DNA of 64,000 bases, from positions 7,998,001-8,062,000 of the forward strand of contig NC_047019.1 of NCBI RefSeq assembly GCF_902652985.1, read 5' to 3'. Shown one piece after another: positions 38,961 to 51,706 of the stretch. Each line of letters starts with the position of its first letter. Within the stretch, counting starts at the first letter, position 1. A model generated the notes under the pieces. The model saw only the letters and a list, made by a program, of their open reading frames with translations. It searched no databases and had not been told where the DNA came from. Origin of the DNA: Pecten maximus (lineage: Eukaryota). A program made the translations under genes and the position numbers.

Positions 38961-41209
38961 ATGTGACGTACAATTTCAAAACGACTGGCTTATACACATA
39001 TAAATGATGAGTGCATAGTGTGATTGCTACTGCTGATAAACTTCGTAATCATTGATTGCACTTGTTGAAAATATCGTAAGACACAATGCCATGTGTAGTA
39101 ACGCTATTGTGACGTCATGATGCGTAATGATAATGTATGACGTCATAATGAAAATATGACGTTGCATAATTTTCGCTGAAGAGAAAAACATACCAAAAGT
39201 CGTGTATCCCTAAGTGATTGGTATTTTCAAGATAGTCAGCCATGACAATACTTTAAGCTAAAAACATAACGAAAAATAAAACAATTGTTTATAAGAGACA
39301 AGTACACAGTCTTACTCAGAAAGAATTAAAATATCTATCACAACATTTTTTTTCGGATTCTGTTTAGATCATAAATGACTGCGAATCCTTCGCAAAGTTG
39401 GACAAACTGTAAAACTTGGTATCGATGCGTGATTCGCTGTGAGTGTTTGCTCATACTAAATACTCAAAATAGCACAGCGATAATCTTTGTTGTTAGAAAG
39501 ACTCCATAATGAAAATCGTTTTAAGCAATATGATGTTTACTCTCACAGCCTTATATTATTTACAGAAAAACAAAGGAAAGGTAATTTAGTGATTTTTCTG
39601 TGATCATGATGGCCCGCCATCTTGAAAAGACGAATCCCTTACGATTACACGACATTGATACCCCCTAGTCTTAATTCACACTGTCCTACATCTATATAGA
39701 ACTTAATTCGAAAGGATCAAGAAAATTAAAGAAACAGTATCTTTAGAGTAATTTCCTTAGTTGTGCCCCCACCATTGTTAATCAACTAAAGCAGTTACGA
39801 AGACTCAACCCTTTAAACAAACTATATAAAAACATCACATTTTAAAAAAATGCAAAGAACAATATTAGAAAAGTTTGTTTAATGCATCATGATGATAGAT
39901 GTTATGCCAACAGGGCTGAGTTCATTAAAAGACCCCGTCGGACTTATTTGCTTATATGCGTTTAAAATACACATAGAAAAAATACACGGATAACTTTCAA
40001 AGAGATATCATGTCCCGGGAAATAAAAACAGACACAGAACTGTTGAAGAGGGTTTCTATTCCCACTCAAGTTGATAAAATACCCTACCTAACAACCTTAT
40101 AACACTTGTAGAAACTTCACTGAGCCAACTTAAGGGTCCTCCGTGAAAGTCCTCTGACCGTATCGTGGCTTGACAGTTAAGAGTATATCTTTTACACAGG
40201 TTTGTTGACGTTCAAAAACATAACCCTTGAACCACTTGAATCGATGTTAAACGAAGTCTTTTACTCGGGTAATTGCATTTTAGTCTGGAATTTTAAAATC
40301 AATGTGTATAGCGGTAGATTATGTTCTTTTATCATAAATGATTAACAGAAACCCAGGGAGAGCCGGGTATTCTGCCTTCTATTTACGTTAGATATCCGTA
40401 TTTACAGACCTTATCTCAGGCTGAAGAAGAACGAGAATTAAATGAACCAGCGCCTTACCTACGCAACCAAACATTGCATTCATGATACTGACTCAACGTA
40501 GAAACTTTCCGAGATTGTAAAGAATAGCTGAGGTTTGATTCCAACACAAATTAACGCATGTTACATCCACATTTATTTCAGTTATCTGATATCAGAAGAT
40601 AAGAGGGAAATGAGGAAAGTGGACGGCGGTAGACTGGGTTTATTTGTCGCTTCGGCGTGTTTGTGCATTTATCAAAAGTCATTAAGATAATTTCCTGGTT
40701 TGGCATGATCAATAGACTAGGTATTACGGGAACTTTGACCTGATTTTAACCTTCAACGGTAGCACTTCTTGTCAACGCTGCGCCTAATAGGTTTGATTGT
40801 CGTGCTAAGCCATTGCTGTTAAAAGTTACGTAGACTATTTCAGACCACGCGGTGATTCAGACAGGCATGAATTGTTCGGGTTTAATACACACTTAAACAT
40901 TACGTCCGATATATATCATTAAGTGATCATTTTCATTACTGTTGCAATTTCATATTGTGCCGGTTTAATGTAAGATTTAGATTAGATAATTGAAATATTT
41001 CCATACCAGTGGAAAGTAGGGTATTCATATAGCGGAGGTTATACCAAATAATCTTTTTTTTTTCTTAAGTAAAAAATACTTTACATAATATAATGGTGCC
41101 TGGAATCTCAAACTTAACGCTTTATTCTGAGGGTGCTGTTTCTATGATAATGGTTTAGTACATTGTATTTCAAATGATGCACTAGAAAGTGTGACACATA
41201 CAAACAGAC

Positions 41210-42155
41210 AGTGTATACCGACAACCAGGCAGTATATACTGACAAGAAGTTTATATTTACAAGAAGTTGATATTTACAAGGAGTGTATACTGAAAAGGAG
41301 TGTATACTGACAAGATGTATATACTGACAAGTTATGTATACTGACAAGGAGTGTATACTGTCAAGAAGTATATACTAACAAGTTATGTATACTGACAAGA
41401 AGTATATACTGACAAGGAGTATATACTGACAAGAAGTATATACTGACACGTTATGTATACTGACAAGGAGTGTATACTGACAAGTAATGTATACTGACAA
41501 TAAGTATATACTGACAATAAGTATATACTGACAATAAGTATATACTGACAAGGATGTGTACTGACAAGTAATATATACTGACAAGGAGTATATACTGACA
41601 GGTAATGTATACTGACAATAAGTATATACTGACAAGGAGTGTATACTGACAAGTTATGTATACTGACAAGGAGTATATCCTGACAAGGAGTGTATACTGA
41701 CAAGGAGTGTAAACTGACAAGGAGTATATACTGACAAGTAATGTATACTGACAAGAAGTATATACTAACAAGTTATGTATACTGACAAGAAGTATATACT
41801 GACAAGTAATGTATACTGACAATAGGTATGCACCGACAAGGAGTGTATACTGACAAGGAGTGTAAACTGACAAGGAGTATATACTGACGAGGAGTGTATA
41901 CTGACAAGAAGTATTTACTGACAAGAAGTGTATACTGTCAAGTAATGTACACTGTCAAGAAGTATATACTGACAAGTTATGTATACCGACAAGAAGTATA
42001 TACTGACAAGGAGTGTATACTGACAGGAAGAGTATACTGACAAGGAGTGTATTCTGTCAAGAAGTATATACTAACAAGTTATGTATACCGACAAGAAATA
42101 TATACTGACAAGGAGTGTATACTGACAGGAAGTGTATACTGACAAGGAGTGTATA
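41210..42155. repeat. Minisatellite, 20-bp unit (GTATACTGACAAGGAGTAT-like), ~47 copies
   Basis: Direct periodicity. Explains the SVYT/CQY ORFs 41114-41924. Confidence 0.95.
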
Positions 42156-42358
42156 TTAAATGTACAAGAAACCTTTAACCCAACTTCAGCATTTTATACA
42201 GAACAAAATATACATATTGCTGAATTTTTCATTTCCAAAATCAGAATTCTCCCTTGTTTTGTAGAATATTGATCTGTACGGCTCTAGATCCGAAAGTGAA
42301 GCTACACTAAGATGAGTTATCTTTCTTTATGTGGGAAGCATAATGGCTAACACGGTAA

Positions 42359-42651
42359 GGCCAAAATAAATATAGAGTTGGTGTGGCGTAACCCGCCCGA
42401 CCCAGAGAAAACGCGCCGACTCAAAAAAGGTTTTAAAAAAAGGTTTTAAACTACGTCTCCAAACCCAAATAAGGTTGGTGTGTGTTTTAAAATAAATAAT
42501 TTCCATATTCTGGTTGGTTTCCGTATTAAAGGTTGAAAATCTGTTTTCAGAACTGAATACAAAAAAAAATCAGCCCTACCTACATGTACCTACCCATATG
42601 TAAGACTCCCTGGCCGGGTTACAGCAAACCAAGATATTTCTAAGGGTGGCC
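42359..42651. mobile_element. MITE, PIF/Harbinger-like
   Basis: TAA|GGCC...GGCC|TAA (3-bp TAA TSD), with imperfect subterminal inverted similarity TTGGTGTGGCGTAACCCG / CGGGTTACAGCAAACCAA. Confidence 0.7.
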
Positions 42652-44394
42652 TAATATATATACAACTGTTTTCGTCAACAGTTTTACTAAACTGCAGTGC
42701 ACCATTCACAGATTTCTAAGAGAAAAAAATAATGGATGTTTTTCGTTTATTTAATTTACAAAAATGGTAATGATGTAATTTAAGATTTTCGTGCAAGTTC
42801 TTCCCACGAATATACTGGTCATCAGAACGGTACGATAGCCTTGTCATTATATAAGATAGTGTCGATCGACAGCCATCCTACTGCGGGAAAACCTGTCACG
42901 TGAATCAGCATTTCCAACAAGTATCTTAAGTCGATGATGGAAATCATCGCTTCTGACACGGCAATGAATCAGATGATAATGCATTTTTTTCTCGGGATCA
43001 GAGACAAAAATCCATGCAGGGGTACGTCGGGGTTCTGTCTTGAACAATGGCTTTGAAATCACGCTTCGAAATTTTATGCAACATGTAAATATTGTTGTAA
43101 TGTATGAGGTACCCGAAATTCTCAGACAAAGAAGGCCATCAATTTTAAGCCAACTACTGAAAATGTGTAAATTGAATGTACAGTCTAGATAATGAAATGA
43201 TGATCAACGGTGTATCACGCTTTTGAATTTTTGCCACGAGGTATGTTAATTATTTCTACAGAAGATCATTAATTGTACATAACTACAGAATGATTGACAG
43301 GGTGTACACAGAACAATACTGGCTATATGATAGGGAGATGCTATCTTTAGATTACAAGTATTACAGCCGATCAGATTTCTGAAAATTTATACATAAAACT
43401 GTCATCGCTGTTTGTTTTCTATACCGTACGGCAGAAATTCAATGTTTGACAAGTAACACATCTTCGTCGAATCGAATATGAAATATTAGACCCGTCTACA
43501 CTATGGAAATTTACATAATTCGTATGCACATTTAGATGTAACTTAAGATTACTTAAACTTAATAACGGAGATTGCTATGCGGGGCTTAACAGTGAACATA
43601 TAACATGTTTGTGTAACGCATTAAATTGATAAATGTTAAGTGTTAACATTTTGTAATGAAATTTTATTGTCCCATTTTTCTTAGCATTTTATGTTTAAGT
43701 AAAGTATTTTTAGCCGCATCGCGTTAAGTTTACAGTTTATCTTTAATTATAAACATCACACTACCTGAAAACCGCGGATCAAGTGTTATTTTGTTCCTAC
43801 ACCAAAAATAACTCCTTTGTTCTTCAGATTAAATTCAAATATTAAACTTAATTCTATTAGAGACTCAAATGGGAAATCGTTTTTTACCATTTATAAATTC
43901 AAGTTACCTCCCCTCCTATGGACATATTTATGATTGATTTCGTTGGTTTTCGAAAATAATGTCCATTACGATGCTACTTAGCACTGAGAACCGATGCTGC
44001 GTTGAAAATACATCGCGTTGAAAATTGAGCTTGTGTTCGTTTGAAAAGATGAACATTGAACTGGGGAGCCGCTGAATTCACCACTCGTTGAAAATTCGAT
44101 TGAACATGGAGATTCCAATCATGTTCACTTTAACTATACATTAAAGTGTTGACTAAACACACAAGAATTGTCCCATGGGACCCCGGACACACGGGAAACA
44201 GTATAGACACACCCACTCCATCCCACGCCCCAGTTCCCTGCTTAATTAATTAAAAGTGAACATTTAATTGCACATCTCTTGGTTTATTTTGCCACTTTAA
44301 CTTCCACTGTTTGACAACCTAGTGTTTTCGTTTTTGTTTAAAAGATAATTGTTCACTAGAACCACCCGATCACATTTTTGTCGAAATTCTTTTG

Positions 44395-44500
44395 TTTTAT
44401 ATTTATTTATTTATTTATCTATTTATTGATTCATTTATGTATTTATGTATCTACTTATTTATATTTGTTTATTTATTTATTTATTTATCTATCTATTTAT
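44395..44500. repeat. (ATTT)n-like microsatellite
   Basis: Imperfect ATTT/ATCT run. Confidence 0.9.
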
Positions 44501-44871
44501 TTCTGGAAAAGTTTTTTTGGAGGTTTTTGCTTTTATACTTACATGCACATACTAGTTAACAAATGACAAATAGCAAATCAGTGGAACATTTCTAAAAATA
44601 GACTTTTGAAATAGTTTTTAGACAACTGAATATAAACTTTCAATCTAATATTGACTTTTTTTTTAATAGATACTTATAATGATAATAAGTATTTAGATGT
44701 TAATATGACGACAAATCAAGAATAGCAAATAAGGCATAAGATATACAAATAAATGGTAACTTAAAATGTCATCAGTTCCGGGTTATCACAAGGAGGCAAA
44801 CACGAACATACCGCAGTTTCCCAAAACACACAAACATTCACCACACGCATACATTTTGCACACACGAGAGG

Positions 44872-44929
44872 CCGTCCTTAAAAGACCTTAGCTGTTGATA
44901 GGACGTTAAATAATACAAACCAAACCAAA
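44872..44929 (+). mobile_element. SINE 3' end (body absent or unrecognised)
   Basis: CGTCCTTAAAAGACCTTAGCTGTTGATAGGACGTTAAA followed by CAAACCAAACCAAA matches the 3' ends of the SINEs at 26431 and 51346. Confidence 0.8.
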
Positions 44930-45039
44930 TCCTCCAGGGCTCCCGTGTCCCTGACCACAATGAAACAATTGAGATCCGCACCATATCTCGGCCTTCTACA
45001 GGTAGACACGAATATATCAACAAATAATTCAGGCGATGG

Positions 45040-45775
45040 GTTGCGGCCCCCAGAAAGGGTGCAAAATCCTGCATTCTGAGAAAGATATCTATGGTATATA
45101 AAATTTATATTTGGGTTTTTATTTTGATTCTTTATTTAATCTATTTTTTTTCTTTGATAAACTGTTTAGGATGTACGTAACAAAGGACACAAGGCAGGGG
45201 TCTGGGGGCGCTAGGCCCCCAGAAGCTGACCAAGAAATGGTTTAAATCCTGCATTCTGAGAAAGTGATCTGTGGTATATATAATCTATATTTTCAGTGTA
45301 ATTTTTGTTTTTTATTTTTACTCTTTTTTATTCCCCAAAGGAAACAAGGCGGGAGTCTGAGGGCCGCCCATGTCCATAAAAAGCTCTTGACAGTGTAGTG
45401 TAATATCATCAAATTCTGAGAGTTTCTGGACCATATTTCTTTTCAGTTTTTTGTTTTATCTTCGGGATATTAGTTTCCATAATTAACTGTTCTAAAGTCA
45501 AGAAAATAAAGCGGGGTTCTGGAGGCCATGCTTAAGGTTTTTCTGAATGAACTTTTTAATGTGTACAAAAAAGAAAACAGGGCAGGGATCTGGGGGCCGC
45601 CTAAGAAGCTCTTAATAAACTGGTGTATTGTCACCATATTGTGGAAGTTTCATGGTCACATTTTTCCTACTTCAATTTTGCGATTTTCTTATGAAATTTC
45701 AGGATTAACTGTTAAGAGGGCATGAGTGGGGCATTAAAGAAAATAAAGCGGGGATCTTGGAGCAGCCCAAGACCA
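45040..45775. repeat. Degenerate ~170-200-bp repeat units (TE-internal satellite-like)
   Basis: Five GGGGTCTGGGGGCCGCC-like motifs and two copies of AAATCCTGCATTCTGAGAAAG...TGGTATATA. Confidence 0.7.
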
Positions 45776-47045
45776 ATTGGTTTTAAAATAGAGCTAATAA
45801 AACGATAATATCTATTGTAGTTATCTTTTAAAGTGTTTATGTCCACACAAACTTCCAAAAATGCAGAGTTTTCAGATTTCACAGAACCAGAGACGTTTTG
45901 ATATACATGTACACGTTTCTGATAGAACATTTAAGATGTTTTTTCTCTCTCAATTTGTTGTCGTGCATTCTTTGTTTTAGATTTGCAAATGCTAAGGCAG
46001 CAGGATATTGTTTCGATCGTGAGTTTTCTAGGTGTCTTACTGAGGGTATACAGTGTACATGTAGACATTCTATACAGAGAGAATGTGACAATGTAAACGA
46101 CTGAAAACTGTAGGGGAGGCTAAGAAAAGAAAGATGTTTGACCGAAGAAATGAGTGATATATCACCCCCATATGAAAAACAAACAACAAACAATTCTCTA
46201 TGTTATTGTTGTCTTTACATAAACATAAAGAATTAGGATGTCATTGATAGGAGATACTCTTCTTCACACTAACTGTTGAAATCGGACAAACTATAGCGAT
46301 TGTCTTGAAAATGAGACCTATTCCATACTCCCTCTATATTTACATGCACATTTGTATATATGGTAAAAGAATCAAAACTGGTTAATTCTGATTTAGGGCA
46401 TAGCCTCGATTTTTTTAATGTATGTCATTTGGTAGCATTAGCGATTATGGCAGAAGGGAGATAACTCCGATAACTCACATTAAAGTTGCCAGTGGCCTGT
46501 GTCAAGCTACCGTGCGGAGGTTATACAAGTCGGTCTTATACTGACTGTCATAACTACCTTATTCCCCTATCGACTCAATAAATATCACAACAATCATATT
46601 GGATGAGCCAACTCTCTGTAACCTCGATGGAGCGGCGTTTAATGAATTTCACATATTTAAACAATTCACAATGTCACAAATGAACATGAATAACAACTTC
46701 ATCTTTGGAGACGATCCATACTTTCATTCTTACAGTACTTCACTCAAATTAAATTCAATATCAATGAAGAACGTGCCAAGCTGTCCAGGATAAATAAAAA
46801 ACAGAGATAAAACTGATAAGGTAAAAACTCCGGAAAACCTTGGACTTCCACAAACATATCCTTATGACAGAATAAAGGTAAACACTTTGAAATAATGTGC
46901 TAACAATACCTATTCACTTCAAATGGTAGACTACTCAAAAATTCTGTATATGTGTACAAATTGAATTACTGTATCAGTTAAAAAATAAAAACAAACAGCG
47001 ATATGAATCCAAAATGGATAAATTTTAACTATAATAGAAAATTAC

Positions 47046-47262
47046 CGTGTGCTGAGAGCTCCAAGGCTAGAATGACCACCTCATACACGTGTCAACTATT
47101 CCACGATACTGTGCACGTACACATCGTGCAACTCAGGCACACCTTATGAATATTCATCAATATCTGAACTACCTGACTACACGTACCCGAACAGACATAT
47201 ATTTCCCGCTATACTTTGAAACGCGGGGAAATGTCATTACGTTCAGTTTGTGATAAAACTGA
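47046..47262 (-). other. Candidate non-coding exon
   Basis: Donor ACG|GTAATT at 47046/47045, Inr-like TCAGTT at ~47262, and a good acceptor TGTTTTTATTTATCCTGGACAG at ~46782 downstream. Confidence 0.25.
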
Positions 47263-48261
47263 ACGTCCTCGGGTAAACCTAACATTATCTTTATCTGGTT
47301 GCGCTGGCGTTAATCTGTATTTAACACTGGAGTGTATCGTATACTACAGTATATGAACTTTGCTGTTTATGTACCGGCACAATTATCTGCAATATCTTTA
47401 AGTTTATCTTCGTTTTCGTTGAAGTTACATCGTCAAAGATTATTTCTATTGTTTGGATACCTCTTAATAGGACTGTACCTATTAGCACACACCTATCTCT
47501 TAAAAAGACGCCAAAGTCGAGCACTCCTAAGGTTTAATGGTTGGCTTTACGCCTTTTTGCCTAAGGGAATATACCAAGATATTTAAAGTGTTTTTACACG
47601 ATTTACCACTGTCGGATATCGGTATATCATCATAAAACTCTATAGACTCAATCAGGCATTGCATCCTACAGAGTAAGGCAAATCTAAAGATTGCTTAAGA
47701 TGAAATGTTTGTCCATTTATTCACAGATAACACCTTCATCTACCTGGATGTCGTGTTTGAACAATTAAAAAACAAAAAACAACAACAAAAAGACTGTTTT
47801 GCCGTTAGTTTTTAAAGATTCTCTGCCAACTGCCTTGTTAAGTTAAACGCTTTTCAGCATGCGCTTCATTGCGATGGTGTGACTAATTCATCGGACCCTC
47901 GTTAGATCTATTTCTCATTTATTTGTCAATGTATTTAAGTGTGTAAGATTTAATTGCGAATCACTGACTCGCAGTTTAAACATGTCATTTAAATGTTCCC
48001 CACTTTATACTCGGAGCAATAAAAGGCTCGTTTCTTCCTGTTGATAACGACAAACACTTTGATTGCCTCCAATAAACAAAGGTTTACTGAAACAATATTT
48101 GCTTGTCTGTTTCACGAGGCGAACATAACATTACGTGTGGTTTCTCAGACATTAAGTTGCGAGCGCGTATGAAACTGTCTCACATAAATCCTATCGACCC
48201 AAAACGACAACTGTAATGTGTTCGTGCGCCTTTTGGACTCAAAGTGTCTACTGTAATCTGT

Positions 48262-48398
48262 CTTTGCCAGTTGACTGGGAGCGCCTGACGGAAACTACCC
48301 TTGCCGGTTGACTAGGAGCGCCTACTGGAATCCACCCTTGCCGGTTTAATGGAAGCGCCTACTGGAAACTGCCCTTGCCGGTTGAATGGAAGCGCCTT
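48262..48398. repeat. Minisatellite, 37-bp unit (CCTTGCCGGTTGACTAGGAGCGCCTACTGGAATCCAC), ~3.7 copies
   Basis: Direct periodicity. Confidence 0.9.
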
Positions 48399-48559
48399 CA
48401 GCCCGTGTTATGTCTCGTTGAAGTTCTGTTGATAAGCAATATTATCTTCAGTCTTTTTTTGTTTTAAGTTATAAGATCAAAGCAAAATTATAAAAATGAC
48501 GCCCTCTTTCAAGAAATTAAACACTAAATTGCAAAAAAAAAGGTTACGTGTCAAAGAAA

Positions 48560-49172
48560 AGACAGTTGACGAAATTGATTAGAAATATATTATACCTGAT
48601 AGTTAAGGTCAATATAATATTTTTGTTTACAGTCTAAATCGAAAAAGAGAGAAACTATCGAAACGAAGGTAGGAAGAGGATACATCACCAGCAACACGAG
48701 CTGTGGCGACGTTTCATTTTCATTCGAATCACAGCTAAATATAAACGCGAAAGAAGGAAATTGTGAGGCGATCTCTGAAGGAGCGCTAGGTAATCGGACC
48801 GAGAGAGTGGGCATTTTCATGTCTTGTGGTGATAAATCTTTGACAGACTGCCAAGTTGTCCATGATTGAATTTCAAATATGTTGTCAGTTTCAATAAGTG
48901 ATAGATATGAATGATCCAATGGTGTTTATATCGTGTGCCGGAAGTATGGAAATATATTTCTCGTTTCATGAAAATAGTTCAATATTGGTTGGTTTCAATA
49001 ACAGCGCGAGAGCTGGATTTTCTGGACTCGATTTCAATTTAAAAGCAAACTGCAGGGATAGCTGTTTATTGAGAGAGTGTTTATTCGTTTTCTGCTAAAT
49101 AAAGCCTTACGGATGTTGAAATGTGAAAAAAAACCATCTGAAACCAGACGAAACCCCTGATGATGTATCGGT
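48560..49172 (-). mobile_element. Decayed I/Nimb-clade LINE ORF2 fragment (post-RT region into RNase H)
   Basis: Frameshifted minus-strand translation PIHHQGFRLV...RLYLAENE...KQLSLQFAFKLKSSPENPA...SWT...EIASQFPSFAFIFSCDS is collinear with the recalled I-clade consensus PIHHQGLRL.LGAFRTSPVESLYVEANE...KLSLQYA.KL.S.P.NPA...PPW...IYTDGSK. Includes ORF 48590-48919. Confidence 0.75.
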
Positions 49173-49213
49173 TTCGTTTAGTTTGCTATTGCTTAACGTC
49201 CTATGAACAGCTA
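49173..49213 (-). mobile_element. SINE/LINE-type 3' tail
   Basis: The minus strand reads TAGCTGTTCATAGGACGTTAAGCAATAGCAAACTAAACGAA. Confidence 0.7.
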
Positions 49214-50345
49214 TGATAATTTGATTGTAAATACGATATTCCAGCTGATCAATTTTAATGATTGAATTATTATGACGTTTTGATCTAACAAATTATGGCA
49301 TAACTGAAAAAAACACATGATATTCAGTTTCTTTCATTCGACTCATTTATTTTAAAAACATTACTACCGCGAAAAGTGACAGAACAAAGTTTTAACTAGA
49401 GTATCTTTCATTACAAAGTTATCAGTTTGATATATCTTAGCATTGAACTGTTACCAAATGGTAGTATACAGTCGATATAAATACTAATTGGGTGACAGAT
49501 ACATAGAATGTCGCCCGTTAGTGCGATATGAAATATTTAGCTATCTCATATATGTACACAGTTTCTGGTTGTTGTCTTGGATTGGTTTGGAGCTGTGGAA
49601 TGGAAAATAGTCATCGTATTCATGTTTTATATCACCCCATAGTTAAAGGCAGGGGAAAATTAGTGACTTGCAATCAAACTTATAGCGGTTGGTGATTAGT
49701 GAGTGGGGAAAGATGCCTTGCTAACCATATCGTCTCGCAAATGTGCGTACCCCTCGCCCTGAGGACCAATGTTGGCTTGTCTGTCCTCTGACTGTTGTCG
49801 GAATGTTAAACTCCAATAACAACACATTTAAAACTTCATGGTATCATTTACTGGAGACATAACCCATGGCGCGTCTCGCTTCTATAGCAACTGATCTCAA
49901 TATGTTTACATTTCAACGAAATCCGAATGGTTTGTACGATTTATATTGATTTGTCAAAACGCAGACGTGATCTTTTTTGAAACTAAATGTCATCACCGCA
50001 GGCAAAGGTTGGCGTAATGCAATGCTTTTAGGGGGGTTGTCAATAAGTGAAAAGTCCAGCTGATGAAACAGCTGATACGTATATTGTAAATTGCAAAGCA
50101 GTTGGACGCCAGTGTTGTTGAAACATGCCATATAAAACGCCATGTAGAAGCCCTTTTAGTACTGGAAGCATTTTTTATAAATCATAGAATTCGAATGATG
50201 GCTGTTTGTTTTAGTTTTGTCCTCGTATCAGCAAGGATCAGATGAGGATAGGCGAAGCAATTAACGGAGGAAAACATTTTTTTATATCTCCAGTTCCCCA
50301 TCAACAACTACTTTTGAGTAATACTGCATCCATTTATTCACTTAC

Positions 50346-50485
50346 GCTTTTTGGTACCAATCTGTATCGAATCTGTCCAAATGCTGCTCAATTCATCAGT
50401 ATGCTTTACATCTGTATGATAATCACATGGATTCCAGAAAGCTGTTCTTTCTTCTTTTAAAAATGTATGCACTCTACGGCGTTCT
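50346..50485 (-). CDS. Candidate internal coding exon (ERRRVHTFLKEERTAFWNPCDYHTDVKHTDELSSIWTDSIQIGTKK), product unknown
   Basis: Acceptor ATTTTACTCCGACAG|, donor C|GTAAGT, 140 nt with one frame open throughout (phase 2 to phase 1). No family recognised. Confidence 0.35.
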
Positions 50486-50893
50486 CTGTCGGAGTAAAAT
50501 GTCACTTAACCAACAATGGTCTGAAGCTAATTAGTTTTGTCTTGCCTGTTACATTTAAAATCATATTCCAAATAGCATTACGATATTTTTTGTGTGATCT
50601 GGCCGCGGTTTAAACGTTGCAAGTGTACCTTTGGCAGCGAATTATTTTATTTGTAAGAGGCGAATGACTTTGGGATATGATATTTTCCCGTTGTACGTGA
50701 TTATTTTCTTCCGTTTGTTTTCCTTATTGTTCGCCCCTCTGAGGAAGATTAAGGAATATGTTACTATCAAAGATGCAAACTGAGCCCATTATTAGAAGTT
50801 CAATGTGTGAGTTGCTCTGTGATAGAAGGTCAGTCTTGCAGTTGCCGGTAAAGGCAGCCATTATCATCATGTTTGGGGTCTCACTATAGTGTC

Positions 50894-51272
50894 TAGCCTT
50901 GCGTTCCTTTATCGGGTTCGTACCAGTTGTACCCGTACGAGTCTGCCGTACTCACAATGGACGCGCTGTATCAGCAGAACTGAACCGGTTCTAGTGGATT
51001 TGTTTTTTAAAATTTACCACTGGGATCAAACATCCATTTGTCATGCAAAAAGACTTTTTGTTAAAAACGAGCCAAGGACCCCCCATTTGTGATTATATTT
51101 TATAAATTACGTAAGTCATGTTTGACGGAACTATTTAGGTATTGATTTTACATCCGTTACTTTGTATGAAACGAGCGATAGCCGCCATCTTGAGATTCAT
51201 TTGCGTTCAATTAACTGTTATGGTACCTATTTGGTACAACTGGTACGAACATGATAAAGGAACACACGACAG
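50894..51272. mobile_element. MITE with long TIRs (possibly Academ-like, starts TAGCC)
   Basis: 50903-50933 GTTCCTTTATCGGGTTCGTACCAGTTGTACC matches the reverse complement of 51233-51263 at 29/31 positions. The superfamily call is tentative. Confidence 0.8.
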
Positions 51273-51345
51273 GTGTGGCGTTTTAGAGCAATGATACTAT
51301 AGATTTGCCGTCAGTGATCCCATCTTTCTTTTGTGTTAATATGAT

Positions 51346-51561
51346 AGGGCTCCATTGGTCGAGTGGTTAAGGTGTCCCGACACTTTATCACTAGCCGTCC
51401 ACCTGTAGTTTGCGACTTTGAAACCTACGTGGGGTATTTGCCAGGTACTGATCGTATACCGGTGGTTTTTCTCCGGGTACTCCGCCTTGACTCCAACTCC
51501 AAAACCTGGTCTGTCCTTAAACTTAAATGTCCCCGGCTGTTAATAAGGCGTACTAAACCAA
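51346..51561 (+). mobile_element. tRNA-derived V-domain-like SINE (older copy; its CAAAC tail resumes at 51707-51730)
   Basis: TGGTCGAGTGGTTAAGG head, GGTTTTTCTCCGGGTACTCCG core, GGCTGTTAATAAGGCGT end. Confidence 0.92.
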
Positions 51562-51706
51562 TTGGTTGGCTTTATTTTGTTTAACGTCCAATTAACAGCC
51601 AGGGTACCTGGTAACTGCCCCGCATAGGTTTCGAACTCGCAACCCAGAGGTGGAGGGCTAGTGATAAAGTGTCGGAATACCTTAACCACTCGGCCACCGC
51701 GGCCCC
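51562..51706 (-). mobile_element. Internally deleted SINE copy in opposite orientation
   Basis: An intact head (GGGGCCGCGGTGGCCGAGTGG...GAGTTCGAAACC) joins directly to the 3' end CCCTGGCTGTTAATTGGACGTTAAAC. Flanked by TAAACCAA / TAAGCCAA. Confidence 0.92.

Noticed and set aside
41114-41924. Cys/Tyr-rich ORFs, and a possible origin of this array from a SINE Meta-domain word (TATACTGACAA)
   Set aside because: The ORFs are repeat translations. The 11-nt resemblance is from memory only, too short, and has no matching SINE copy in the window.
48590-48919. 109-aa ORF, or the plus-strand exon SKSKKRETIETK..., as a host gene
   Set aside because: Better explained as part of the decayed minus-strand I-clade LINE ORF2.
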